From the IMG/VR virus record IMGVR_UViG_3300000976_000008, positions 335,223 to 399,222 of that record: a stretch of DNA of 64,000 nucleotides; one strand, 5' to 3'. Of the stretch, positions 48,952 through 59,300 are shown piece after piece. Both the position numbers and the translations under genes were made by a program. Under the pieces are notes generated by a model. The model made no database searches. It was given only the letters and a program-made list of their open reading frames with translations, and had not been told where the DNA came from. How positions within the stretch are numbered: position 1 is the stretch's first letter; every line of letters begins with the position of its first letter. This stretch comes from a virus (taxonomy: Duplodnaviria; Heunggongvirae; Uroviricota; Caudoviricetes).

Positions 48952-49245
48952 TTACTTGTTCAGACTTTGGAGTTCTGTCCAAGTGTACTTTTTGTACTTC
49001 TCGAAAGCTTTTGCGACTTTGTGATTATACTTATGCAGTATGTCACCTGGTTCTGGGCTTTCTCTTCTCATCATTGAAGGGGTCTTTTGGAACACTTCAA
49101 GATTCCAACTTGAATCTGGACCAACTACTACTAGTTCCAATAGTATCATTGGTTTTGGATTGGGTTGTTCGTTATACTCTCCAATTAATGTAACTGAACA
49201 ATTCTCAGGACATTCAATTGGTACGTCTTCTGAAACCCAAATCAT
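48952..49245 (-). CDS. Hypothetical protein
   Basis: 97-aa ORF, ATGA overlap. Confidence 0.65.
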   Translation of the reverse strand: MIWVSEDVPIECPENCSVTLIGEYNEQPNPKPMILLELVVVGPDSSWNLEVFQKTPSMMRRESPEPGDILHKYNHKVAKAFEKYKKYTWTELQSLNK

Positions 49246-49568
49246 TTCTTCTTTGACCTATTGTTCTGAGTTCTCAAAATGATATTATGAGATTCTACCA
49301 TGTGGGACGTGACTTCTTCAAATTTGTCAGTCGCATCGAACATTGCGTCTAACAATTGCCCAGAACCTTCGATTGGAACTATCTTAGGTAAGATTGTTCC
49401 GCCTCGTGTTGTATTTACGCAATCTCTGGCGATCTGATCGGCCTCATTTACTGTTTCACCCATTCCGCCATAAAATACACCGGCAAGTGAAATTCCAGTA
49501 TTTTTATCAGTAACTATTTTAGCGTAAGCAACAACATACTTCTTCGCAGTCATGAGATTTTCCTTCAA
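49242..49568 (-). CDS. Hypothetical protein
   Basis: 108-aa ORF in a minus-strand operon. Confidence 0.7.
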   Translation of the reverse strand: MKENLMTAKKYVVAYAKIVTDKNTGISLAGVFYGGMGETVNEADQIARDCVNTTRGGTILPKIVPIEGSGQLLDAMFDATDKFEEVTSHMVESHNIILRTQNNRSKKK

Positions 49569-49608
49569 GTAATCAGCGTTAATCCTTTACATCACTCTAC
49601 TAAAAATC

Positions 49609-50712
49609 TCATTTTCCGGATGATCCGAAGCCAGCCAGTCCTCTCTGATCATAACCAGGACTAAATTCATCAATCACAGAAATATCACAGTGTGTAATTT
49701 TGTTGACAATCATTTGAGCAATTCTATCTCCTACATCAATTTTGTATTCTTTATCAGAAGTATTCATCAGAACGACTACTAAAGGTCCTGTATAAGTGGC
49801 GTCAATGATTCCTCTGAAAGGAAGAATCCCTTTCATCCACAGACTAGACCTACCATCGATAGTGTAATAAAATCCCGGAGGCGTGGAAACTGCGATACCA
49901 GTATCAATTGTTTTAATTTCACCAGGAGGGATCACAACATTGATAACACTGCTGAGATCATATCCGGCATCAGTAGATCGTGATCTAGTAGGGACAACAG
50001 CATCATTATTCAATAGTTTACATTCCAATCTAACAGGATGTTCCAGTATATCACATCCCATCTGCAAAAGAAAATCTTTGAATTCATCTTCTTTAGATGT
50101 ATTTTTAGCCCAATTCATGGCCTTAGTGGACCAAACAACATTATTTTGGAGATATCCCGCAGTTGGGTCTCTTCTCTCCAATGAAGCAGAATATATTGAG
50201 TTCATCCCAAACGTCATAGGTAATTTAGAGTAGAAGCACAAACCTTCTTGTTCTTCCCATTGAGATTCTAAAAATTCATGATCCAAATCGAAAGGAATAC
50301 CATGTTTTTTAGATTCACTCTTTTTCCTGGCACATTGCCATTTAATCCATCCTTCTAATGTTTTCCTTTTCTCTGCAAGTTTGGTTCTTCTCTTAGAAGA
50401 ACTTGGAGTTCTGTTAGAGCAAGTTTTGCAGTATGATGACAAATTGTCGACACGTGCAGCATTAGAAGAAAAAAGGTCATATGCCAAATAATGATCGCAC
50501 CCACTACACCATTTAACTTTTAAACCATCTCGGATGCTATGTGTAGAGCATGAATGTTTCTGATGTCTCAGTCTCCATTCTCTATTAAATTGTTCACCAC
50601 ATTTATCACATTCTGCGATCACCTTCTTATGTGAGCCAGAAGATAAGGTGCTACAATCGATGTTGTATAATTCAAATGTTTTGTCAAACAAGATGTTAAT
50701 AGATCCACGCAA
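49609..50712 (-). CDS. dut: dUTPase fused C-terminally to a Zn-finger / HNH-like endonuclease domain
   Basis: dUTPase motifs AGYDL, GRSSL, GIIDATYTG, GDRIAQM and RGLAGFGSSG; N-terminal CxxC pairs and CFYS...SLERRDPTAGYLQNNVVW....NWAK (His-Me-finger-like). Confidence 0.9.
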   Translation of the reverse strand: MRGSINILFDKTFELYNIDCSTLSSGSHKKVIAECDKCGEQFNREWRLRHQKHSCSTHSIRDGLKVKWCSGCDHYLAYDLFSSNAARVDNLSSYCKTCSNRTPSSSKRRTKLAEKRKTLEGWIKWQCARKKSESKKHGIPFDLDHEFLESQWEEQEGLCFYSKLPMTFGMNSIYSASLERRDPTAGYLQNNVVWSTKAMNWAKNTSKEDEFKDFLLQMGCDILEHPVRLECKLLNNDAVVPTRSRSTDAGYDLSSVINVVIPPGEIKTIDTGIAVSTPPGFYYTIDGRSSLWMKGILPFRGIIDATYTGPLVVVLMNTSDKEYKIDVGDRIAQMIVNKITHCDISVIDEFSPGYDQRGLAGFGSSGK

Positions 50713-50726
50713 GAAAGCGGCTCCTA

Positions 50727-51044
50727 ATGTGGAATTTTAAAGCTTACGATATCAACAAACAAATGATCGAAGGAAAGATGGAAGCAGAAACATTCCATGA
50801 GTTAGCTTTAAAACTTCGGCAGCAAGGTCTACAAGTAGTAGATGCCACTAGAAGTTTAAGAGGTACCCCAAAGAAAGGTCACTTAGAATCTAATCCTGCA
50901 GAAAGAGAATTAGCAGAAGAACGATTAGAACAAATGCGGAGAAGAATGAATCCGCCTATAAGTGAACAGCCTCCCAAGATCCCGCGAACCTCCTTAATAC
51001 GTTGGGCATTAGCTCTTTTAAAATCGGCATTACGACGAAAGTAG
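50727..51044 (+). CDS. Small protein resembling the N-terminal domain of PilC/GspF (T2SS F family)
   Basis: WNFKAYDINKQMIEGKMEAETFHELALKLRQQGLQVV fits F.Y.A.D..G....G.IEA.s...A...Lr..GL.p. Confidence 0.65.
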   Translation: MWNFKAYDINKQMIEGKMEAETFHELALKLRQQGLQVVDATRSLRGTPKKGHLESNPAERELAEERLEQMRRRMNPPISEQPPKIPRTSLIRWALALLKSALRRK

Positions 51045-51764
51045 CGGTGCCTTTTTCTCAACGACCTTCTCAAAATCTTGGACAATCTCTTCAACAACCC
51101 TATCTAATGGTTGTGAGGCATCAACATAAATGACATTGTCGATGGGAACTGACCTACTGACAGAAATAGTCCGTTCATGTGGTCCAGTAATCAGATTGTC
51201 ATATGTATCAATGATTTTAGAGAAGAACTCATCAGACTGTTTGTCATAATGGTCCTCTCCTAGTTTCCTATCTTTCATTATTCGCTTCTTGGCTATTGAC
51301 CAAGGACACGATAGGATATATAAACGATCTGCCTTCGGTGGCTCATAAAGGGCAAAGAGCTTATTGACATCAGTCAAGCTCATCCCATCGGCACCAGCAT
51401 ACGCTATGGCACTTATGAAGGATGATCTATCAGCAAAGACAAATTCATTTCTAGCCAGTGCTGGTTCTAGAATATTCTTTCCAAAACTGATCGTATCAGC
51501 CATATACAGCAATTGTCTCGATAATGGATCAATTACTATGTCTTCATCTATCTTCTGAGGAGTCTTGACTAATTTCCTAAGATGAGCACCAAGAGGAGTG
51601 CTCCCAGGGTGATGTGTTAAGTGCAATTTACTATCAAATCGCTTTACTAAATGATCAACTGATTCTGCGACAGCTTTTGTGATCGTCGATTTTCCAACTC
51701 CATCTGAGCCTTCAAAAATTGCGTAAACTCCACCCATCATTTCCTCGGATTCTTCGGTATACAC
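51030..51764 (-). CDS. tmk: Thymidylate kinase
   Basis: P-loop IFEGSDGVGKST, HPGSTPLG..LR, ADRSSFISAIAY, VDASQPLDRV. Confidence 0.93.
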   Translation of the reverse strand: MYTEESEEMMGGVYAIFEGSDGVGKSTITKAVAESVDHLVKRFDSKLHLTHHPGSTPLGAHLRKLVKTPQKIDEDIVIDPLSRQLLYMADTISFGKNILEPALARNEFVFADRSSFISAIAYAGADGMSLTDVNKLFALYEPPKADRLYILSCPWSIAKKRIMKDRKLGEDHYDKQSDEFFSKIIDTYDNLITGPHERTISVSRSVPIDNVIYVDASQPLDRVVEEIVQDFEKVVEKKAPLLSS

Positions 51765-52210
51765 TTAAGGTGATGGTTTTCCCACTCTGTTTCGAGAAAA
51801 CAATCTTGACCTTTTGCTTTTTCTAAGTTGTTTCTAAGTTTTCTTGAAGCACCAGCAGATTTCCAGACCGCACTCTCATATTCTACAAAACTCCCCTTTT
51901 TTGGTCTGACACCTTCTCTGAATAGTGCTTGGGCTTCAAGTGGAGTACATGAGTTTTCATCAGCAATTATTTCATATGTTACCTTTCTCAAATCTCCAGC
52001 AAGCTTCCATAAGTCACGTTCCAATACCTTGGCTTTTTCTACTGCATCCCCGCTGGTGACGAAATAATCAGCAGGATTAATAAATTCCACATCTTTCAGA
52101 CCAAAATCCTTAGGATCTGCGAAATTTACATGATCATCAAGAACTAATTCAAAAACAGATGGTTTGTCATCATCTTCGAATTTATCGCCAATTTTCGCGT
52201 ACTTAGGCAT
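51737..52210 (-). CDS. Hypothetical protein
   Basis: 157-aa ORF; CAAATTTA motif at 52252-52259 (minus). Confidence 0.7.
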   Translation of the reverse strand: MPKYAKIGDKFEDDDKPSVFELVLDDHVNFADPKDFGLKDVEFINPADYFVTSGDAVEKAKVLERDLWKLAGDLRKVTYEIIADENSCTPLEAQALFREGVRPKKGSFVEYESAVWKSAGASRKLRNNLEKAKGQDCFLETEWENHHLKCIPKNPRK

Positions 52211-52282
52211 TGCATCACCAGTATAGTATAAGATTCCACTCTACATACTGGTAAATTTGTGGTAATGATTACAATCTTTCTT

Positions 52283-52594
52283 TCACTTTGACAATGCAGA
52301 TACTTCATCTAAATAAGCGGTAACATCACTCCAAGATCCACTAGTAGGCAAGACAGTGATTCCATCAGCACTCACACAGATTTCAAAGGATTTAGCCATC
52401 CTATCGATTCTAAGCTGTCCTTTTGCAGTGCCAGTCCCAAAGTCGATATAAATAGCATGATCGAGGTTTTGGACTTCTCCGACCACGTACTGGTATTCTT
52501 CAATCTTAGAGCAGATATGTTCTATTGCCACATCGCTTACACGGAATTGTATATTGAATAATTCCGCAGATATGATATTAGGCAGTGCAGCCAT
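52283..52594 (-). CDS. Hypothetical protein
   Basis: 103-aa ORF. Confidence 0.65.
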   Translation of the reverse strand: MAALPNIISAELFNIQFRVSDVAIEHICSKIEEYQYVVGEVQNLDHAIYIDFGTGTAKGQLRIDRMAKSFEICVSADGITVLPTSGSWSDVTAYLDEVSALSK

Positions 52595-52710
52595 CTTGCT
52601 GTTTCTTTTAGTTCGAAAAAGCTCGGTCTAAAGAACAGACTTCGTGTCGCCCAGAGAAAGAAAGACCAAGGAAGATATATCGGAGAAGCTTGGAGATGTG
52701 CTTCAGGGTT

Positions 52711-52929
52711 TCAAATACAAGAAGTGATCTTAAACCCAGTAGTTTCAAGGTCGTGCACTAATTGCACTACATGATAATTATTAGATTCTATCTCAACCTT
52801 GAAAGCATCATGTTTTCTGCATGCACTAATAATTTGTGCACTATTCATAAGTTCCATCTCGGGATGGTTATAAAGCTTAATCTTTATAGTCCCATCAGCC
52901 AGAGATAAATTAGCGATTGGATATCTCAT
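52711..52929 (-). CDS. Hypothetical protein
   Basis: 72-aa ORF. Confidence 0.55.
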   Translation of the reverse strand: MRYPIANLSLADGTIKIKLYNHPEMELMNSAQIISACRKHDAFKVEIESNNYHVVQLVHDLETTGFKITSCI

Positions 52930-52938
52930 ATGTATACA

Positions 52939-52972
52939 ATAGAGGCCGCTCTGTTTCCAAAACGGCCTCTAT
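52939..52972 (-). terminator. Intrinsic terminator hairpin ending the 61262->53005 operon
   Basis: ATAGAGGCCGTTTTG-GAAA-CAGAGCGGCCTCTAT: 15-bp stem with a GNRA loop, ~30 nt after the stop at 53005. Confidence 0.7.
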
Positions 52973-53004
52973 CGGTCCGTGGCCAGTGCGTGTCGTGCGT
53001 GCCG

Positions 53005-54054
53005 CTAAGCAGTCACTGGCGTTCGTCGTGCTTCCGTCATCGTAGGCTTGACTGATTTAGCCATCGAAGCCCATTTTCTTGATTCAGTCATGACCTTCAC
53101 AGCTCGACCCCAACTATGAGATCCAACCTTGCAGGTGTAACCTTCAGCAACCAAGTTATCAGCGTAACTTTCAGCAATATTCGAGAACCTGAACAATGCC
53201 ATGTCACCACTCACAAGTGGTCCACGTGATTTCACAGGAACCATTGGAATGTCATACTTGCGAAGACATTGATCATTCTTGCCGAAATAACTCTCAAGAA
53301 CAACTTGGTCAGCAGGATAGACCTGAAGCAATTCCTCAGCATCAGCCAGAGCTTCAGCAAGAGCAATTCTCGGACTTGTTCGATTCAATTTACCATTATT
53401 CTCTTGAACGAGAATTGTAAATTGAATGTCATACTTACCGTTCAGACCAGTTGAACCTTCAGTGATGCTACTCTTCACCAGTCGGGAAAGTTTAGCAACG
53501 TTTTCCTTCACAGTTTGAGAATTCCCAGTTCCAGTCATCCCCTTCTCAGTACCCTTCATAATAGGTGTCTCTTCTGGAGACTTCTGAGTTTTGTGGGATC
53601 GAGGCCAAGCTTCACCTTCGTCAGTAGTGTCGCTTTCACTCTCTGGAAGAAAAGAAGATTTGTTATTCGCACTCCCGCCACCACCGATAGCTGAGCCATC
53701 AGCACTATCCATCGCTTCGTTTTCAACCAGAGGTTGGAAACCAGGGAATCCTTCCATGAGACTGATCAAACTTTTCCTAACCTTAGTAGGGCAAGTTCTA
53801 GGATCAAGACCACCTGTGTAGTAATCCCATGAATGATTCAGAGCTTCAGCTACTGAGTTCTTACCAGCACGCTTATTGTTGCCGATAATGCTTCTTGCTG
53901 ATTTCATAAATTCAACAAGTGCAGATTGGTTCTTTGGGCTGTAAACAGATTCGAATGACATCGCAGCCGATGGCTGTTTAGGCTGTGGCTTACGTCTCAT
54001 AGGTTTCTTCGGACCAGCACCCATCGGACCAGCACCCATCGGACCAGCACCCAT
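53005..54054 (-). CDS. C-terminal part of a large head-internal / core-like protein (probably frameshifted from 53997-55856)
   Basis: Begins with MGAGP repeats that continue the M/G/D-rich tract of the upstream ORF; many x-x-E motifs. Confidence 0.65.
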   Translation of the reverse strand: MGAGPMGAGPMGAGPKKPMRRKPQPKQPSAAMSFESVYSPKNQSALVEFMKSARSIIGNNKRAGKNSVAEALNHSWDYYTGGLDPRTCPTKVRKSLISLMEGFPGFQPLVENEAMDSADGSAIGGGGSANNKSSFLPESESDTTDEGEAWPRSHKTQKSPEETPIMKGTEKGMTGTGNSQTVKENVAKLSRLVKSSITEGSTGLNGKYDIQFTILVQENNGKLNRTSPRIALAEALADAEELLQVYPADQVVLESYFGKNDQCLRKYDIPMVPVKSRGPLVSGDMALFRFSNIAESYADNLVAEGYTCKVGSHSWGRAVKVMTESRKWASMAKSVKPTMTEARRTPVTA

Positions 54055-55856
54055 CGGATATCATCGCCCATGTCCATTAGGTCGCCTTCCATGCCACCCA
54101 TGCCCATATCATCCATTTCTCCCATGCCGCTGCCGACACCGAGGTCCATTGGATCTTCCATACCCATATCAGGTAATCCGCCAGCACCCAGAGCACCTTT
54201 ACTCTTACGAGGGTCTCTAACGTTCATATGCTTCCCAGCCAATTCGTTAATTGGCTGGAAAAAAGGGCGGCGAGAATTTCCCTCCTCTACCGTATCCTTT
54301 TCCCAAGGCTTTCCAGAACCGCCAGAGTCCGAGTCTGAATCGTCACAGTCTGAATCGCAATCTGAATCGTCGCTTGAATCAGAACCAGATTCCCAAGGCT
54401 TACCAGAACCGCCATCAGAGTCTGAATCTGAATCATCTGAATCCGAACCATCAGAGTCATCGCTTCCGAAAGGAGCTGCAGCACCCGGAAATGGCTTACC
54501 ATCTTCATTAATGGCATTAGGGACCCAGTATGGTCCATGAGCATCTGTGCCTTCATAGAACATGAATTGCTTATTGACCTTCATAAGGTCAAGCATGAGT
54601 TGCTGGTCTACCTGGACATCAGAACCATTGGCTCTAGCCAGCATCTGGAAATCTTCCATGCAAACAGCTTCTCGACCAGATGCTGCGTATGCATCAAACA
54701 GATCCTGAAGGTTAATCTCACCTTCCATCAATGTCGAGAACAGATCTGGAGTCCAACTTTCTTGAACTTCACCATATTGTGGACCACTTGTGCCAGTAAT
54801 AGTGCCAGAACTTGGCATCCCAGGTCCACCAGCCTTGAAGTGTTCTTCATCAGCACCTGAACCATCCTTCAAAGTACCACCATCACTCCAACGTTCGCCT
54901 TCGAATGGTTCTGCAACACCTGAGCCATCATTCTTAGGCTCATCTGGCCAGTTGTGGCTTACTGCAGTTTGGTGACCATCTGAAGCTTCAGCATGAGTCG
55001 ATTCGTGGTGACCCTGAGGGCTTCCATCGACACCATTATTATCAACACTTGACATCGCAAGGTTGTTACTGAATTTACGAGGCCATTCTTTGCCCGATTC
55101 AGAAGTTTCGGTATCGAATTTACCAACCTTATCCTTAGTTGGCTTTCTTTCGGCGACACCATCGCCCTTCGGACTAGGCATTTGGTAGTCACCAGGGGAG
55201 TAGTCTCCGCCACCGGCAAATTTTGGCTCCCACTCATTTAGGACTTTAGATGCTTTTGTCATTAGGCTCTCCGAAGTTTCAATGTCTTCGTTATCTTCAT
55301 CGTCAGATTTTAAGACGTCGTAGGGGCCAATTGCTATTGCAGCAGTCCCTGTAAATGATTCATCATAGGTAGCACTATGGGTAATACCATCACTACGTCT
55401 ACCTGCAATATATTTGTTTCGAGGCCCTATACCTCTAGTTGTCCTCGTTCCAATTCTTGATTTTACTCTGGAACGTTCTGGGCCATCTGCTTGTTGTTCG
55501 GTTGAAGAAGTAAGATTATTTGGAGATTCTCCAGCAGTTACTGTTTCTTCCGCGTCACTCCTAGTTAGTAACTGGCCATTATCCGCCATCCCTTGTGGAG
55601 TAATGTTATTTACGTTTCTCTGGTATCCTTGCTGCTCTGGTGACATCGCAGGTGCTGGACCACCAAATGCAATACTCTCATTTGCCAAAGCGATCAAATT
55701 ATCCGCTAATTCATTTAGCGTCTCTTCGTCGGATTTACCTTTTTTCTTCACAACTAATTCCCTATGTCCTCCAGGATTTAGTCTATAATGAGCATCATGG
55801 CGATCGATTTCTCCCTCGCCCGCCTCAACCTCTGGCATTTCAGGTAAGTCACTCAT
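53997..55856 (-). CDS. N-terminal part of a large, acidic, low-complexity head-internal / core-like protein
   Basis: D/S/G-rich tracts (SDSDDSDSD, GKPWE x2); ends in out-of-frame RWVLV repeats. Confidence 0.75.
   Translation of the reverse strand: MSDLPEMPEVEAGEGEIDRHDAHYRLNPGGHRELVVKKKGKSDEETLNELADNLIALANESIAFGGPAPAMSPEQQGYQRNVNNITPQGMADNGQLLTRSDAEETVTAGESPNNLTSSTEQQADGPERSRVKSRIGTRTTRGIGPRNKYIAGRRSDGITHSATYDESFTGTAAIAIGPYDVLKSDDEDNEDIETSESLMTKASKVLNEWEPKFAGGGDYSPGDYQMPSPKGDGVAERKPTKDKVGKFDTETSESGKEWPRKFSNNLAMSSVDNNGVDGSPQGHHESTHAEASDGHQTAVSHNWPDEPKNDGSGVAEPFEGERWSDGGTLKDGSGADEEHFKAGGPGMPSSGTITGTSGPQYGEVQESWTPDLFSTLMEGEINLQDLFDAYAASGREAVCMEDFQMLARANGSDVQVDQQLMLDLMKVNKQFMFYEGTDAHGPYWVPNAINEDGKPFPGAAAPFGSDDSDGSDSDDSDSDSDGGSGKPWESGSDSSDDSDCDSDCDDSDSDSGGSGKPWEKDTVEEGNSRRPFFQPINELAGKHMNVRDPRKSKGALGAGGLPDMGMEDPMDLGVGSGMGEMDDMGMGGMEGDLMDMGDDIRWVLVRWVLVRWVLVRRNL
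54009..54057. repeat. Tandem 15-nt repeat (ggaccagcacccatc x3)
   Basis: Seen directly; encodes PMGAG x3. Confidence 0.9.
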
Positions 55857-56383
55857 AGATTATTTTTGTTGCGATATGCCGCAATTTGCCAATTCTTAAG
55901 CGGTATCGAATCTTTCAGATAAGAATCAGACTTAGTTAAGTACTCTACATATGCCTTGTCACCTAAGAATAATTTATCGTGAGCTATTTTATCCAATAGG
56001 AATTCATTAACTCTTTTCCTCAATTCTCTAGCTTCACCAGAGAAAATTATTCTCCTAGGATACGTTACTATATCAGGAGTATACGAACTGAAAACATCAT
56101 CAGAATTCAAGGATTCATGTCTATTTTGAGTATTGGTCCGAAAATTATTAACAATCATTTGGGGGTAATTCTTACCCAAAAAATCATATAATTTCTCAGC
56201 TCCTCCGAGACTGGAGACCTTATCCAAAACATCAAGCATTATGCGATTATTTGAACTGCAACCTTTTGATTTTCTCATATCCTGAATGAACTCAGAATAC
56301 AATTTCTCATCAAAATGATAGAGCCAAGACTGCCACGAAGGAGAGGTAGCAAGATTGCAGAATTTTTCAGTCCGAATTTTCAT
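55853..56383 (-). CDS. Hypothetical protein
   Basis: 176-aa ORF with overlapping start/stop codons in an operon. Confidence 0.7.
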   Translation of the reverse strand: MKIRTEKFCNLATSPSWQSWLYHFDEKLYSEFIQDMRKSKGCSSNNRIMLDVLDKVSSLGGAEKLYDFLGKNYPQMIVNNFRTNTQNRHESLNSDDVFSSYTPDIVTYPRRIIFSGEARELRKRVNEFLLDKIAHDKLFLGDKAYVEYLTKSDSYLKDSIPLKNWQIAAYRNKNNL

Positions 56384-59300
56384 TAAGCTAATGGGAAAAG
56401 GACTGTTGCTATTTGATACGATAAGTGTCTAACACCATCTGGATTACCTTTTGGACTTGTAAACTCAGAATTAACTAATTTTTGAGAAACCAAACTATTC
56501 AAATTAGCATCATATTTAAATGAGACAGAATCAACTTCTGGAATCGGAGCAAAATTCACACCATCAAAAGTAGGCCAAGCAAATGATGGATGACCATGGC
56601 TGTCACTAAACTTAGCGATACAAGGTGTTCCCAAACTTTCACCGCCGCCACAAGATGTATCACTACCTATCGATCTCTTAATTACTATGTAATCTTGACC
56701 TCCAATATCCATCACAAAGCCACAGCAATTTCCAGACAACCAACCTTGTTCATACCAACGTAGATGGTTGGTGCTCATAGAACAAGCCGAATCATCAACA
56801 GCATTAATCGCTCGTTGAGGTTGGGTTGATGTGCGTTTTTTCTTTCTTGTAGAAATTCTCTCTATTTTATCTGATTTCTTAAGTATGTCAATCTGGACTT
56901 CACCAGATGATCTCTGCAACGGCATTGTCGGGAAATAGAAAGAAACCACACCACCCTCATGTGAGAATGGCAATGTCAATCCTTCATAAGCATTTCTACC
57001 ATCTTCCAGAGAGTAAAATTCGCCTTTATCCAAGAACGTTGCACTCTTTTTTTGACCATTATCCGTAAATTGAACTCTAACATTAGCCCTATATGAACCA
57101 TTTATAGATGCGGTAGTGCCGGTGATAATAGCGACAAATTCACCAGCAGGCAAATTCAAAGAAGCACCATTAACAGCAGATCCAGCATTGATCAAAGGAT
57201 CAACAGCTAATTGAGCTTGATACGACGGATCGTACTTCGAAAACTCAGAAGTAGATTGAGCAGTAGCTTTTGCAGCAGAAGCTGAAAAAATGAAAGGGGT
57301 GCCGCACATACCAAGAGCTTCAATAATAGCATCAGATGCAGCAAAAGGACTAACATCTAAAGCTCTATTAGTGGAAGCTGTCACAAATTTTCCACCTGTT
57401 GTCTCAGCATATTCTTTCAAACTATCAGCAGCTTCAGGAATGAAGGTGTTGTCTAAAGTTGGAACATGGATAGAACTAATTATGATATTATTGTCTTTTG
57501 CTTTATTAGCAACAGCAGTTACCTCTTCCGGTGTTCCTTTTATTTTGTTATTATCAAGTTGATCAGTATATTCCGGAACCTCATCTGTGATCACAATGAT
57601 CACTTTTCTATGATTCTCAAATGGATCATTACCAAACACAGGTAAGAGTCGTTCAATTGCAGTATCTACAGCTACTGTATGTCTAGGGAAGAATGGTATA
57701 TCAACTCGGGATCTTTCATCAGGAAGATTTTTAATATCTTCTAGGTGTTCCCCAGCCCTATAGAAATGGATTCTCTTAACGATTTCAGGAGCAGAGAATC
57801 GGCCAAAACCATAGATCCCAATCGAATATTCAGTTGGACTGATGCTAAGAATATGGTTATAGTACATGTTCACTTGATTGACAAGCAATTCGAGGAAAGG
57901 ATTCATCGACTCAGTATTGTCGACAACCAATTGCAATGCTAATGGGTTACAATTGATTGTTTCTTCTTCTCCTCCGCCGCCGCCGCCACCGCCGCCACCA
58001 TCACCACAAACATCTAAAGCTTCTGAAATAGCTGTTTCGGCATTTTCACTTTCAGATCTGACATAAATCCCGCCTGTTTCATTAGTGTAATGCCGAAGAC
58101 TGACTTCTGCTGCATCAACGAAATTGTTAGCAAAAGGAGTTTGAATTGCACTAATCGTTATACCATTTGCCGCAGCGGATTGTGCAACTCTCAAAGCTTC
58201 TTCATCACCAGCACCTGGCACTTGGTCAGTTACCACGATGATGATGTTGGCTCTATCAGTTCTCCAAGCTCCTGCAACACCATTAATAGTGTCTTCAGTA
58301 GCTTCCACATGTGCTTCTGGATTATCTCCACCACCACTAGCACTCAATTTCGCTGATTCTTGAATAAATTGTAAACGATTCGAAGTAGACATACCAAGTC
58401 GTAAAGTAACGTCATCCTTAAACGTTACCAATCCTAGCCTGTAATCACCACCGCTGAATCTAACAATTTCATCGACATAAGCATTTACTTGGTCAACCAT
58501 GACTCTAAGAAATCTACCCATACTCCCTGTATCGTCAATAACAAAGACAACATCCATGCCTCTGCTGCAATCGACTGGCGGCTCAGTAGGCGGTTCAGTA
58601 GGCGGTTCAGTGGGTGGCTCGAAAGTTCCTCCACCACATTCTGGATCTTCTTCAAAACCAGGAGTATAGCATGTAGAGTCCTTTAGAACAGTTGTGCTCG
58701 GAATACTTGAAGCTTCACCGCTTTCAGGACCATTGATAGTGATCTGAGCATCAGGAAGAGCAGCTGCAGCAACAGATTCCATATGTTGTCGTAATTGCGT
58801 GCTCTTAGACCTAGACAAGCAGCATTCTAAAGCACAGCACAAAGCAGCTTTTTGTTCGTCAAACAGATCAGACATAGTCTGAATCCAAAAAGCGACTATA
58901 TCCTCATATCCCTTTTTGAGTCTGCTTACCTCATTGAGGTACTTGCTATGCACAGCAGCAATCAAAGGCTCTATGTCTAAATAGTAAATCTCCTGAGGAG
59001 CACCAGCAATATTAGCAGCAGCAAGAATCCAATAGCTGTTTTGCTGCCTAACAATAAATTGATCCGCTACAGCATCTGGAGAACCAACAGATTGGCGATC
59101 GAACTCAATCGCATATTTTGAATCATCATTCGGAGCAGATGGGCTAGGTATTACCCGTGCTTCAACCAATGCTTTATTCAAATCAGGGCGTGATTCAACT
59201 TGGATAGGCTCATTCTCAAGTGTCAACAAGCACTCAGGGGCATCTCCTTGTTCGCCTTGCTCGCCAGCAGGACCAGCAAGTATATCATCAACACCAGGTT

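Noticed and set aside
49609-50712. Intein or group I intron in dut
   Set aside because: The nuclease is N-terminal rather than inserted in the dUTPase, with no intein splice residues or interrupted dUTPase motifs
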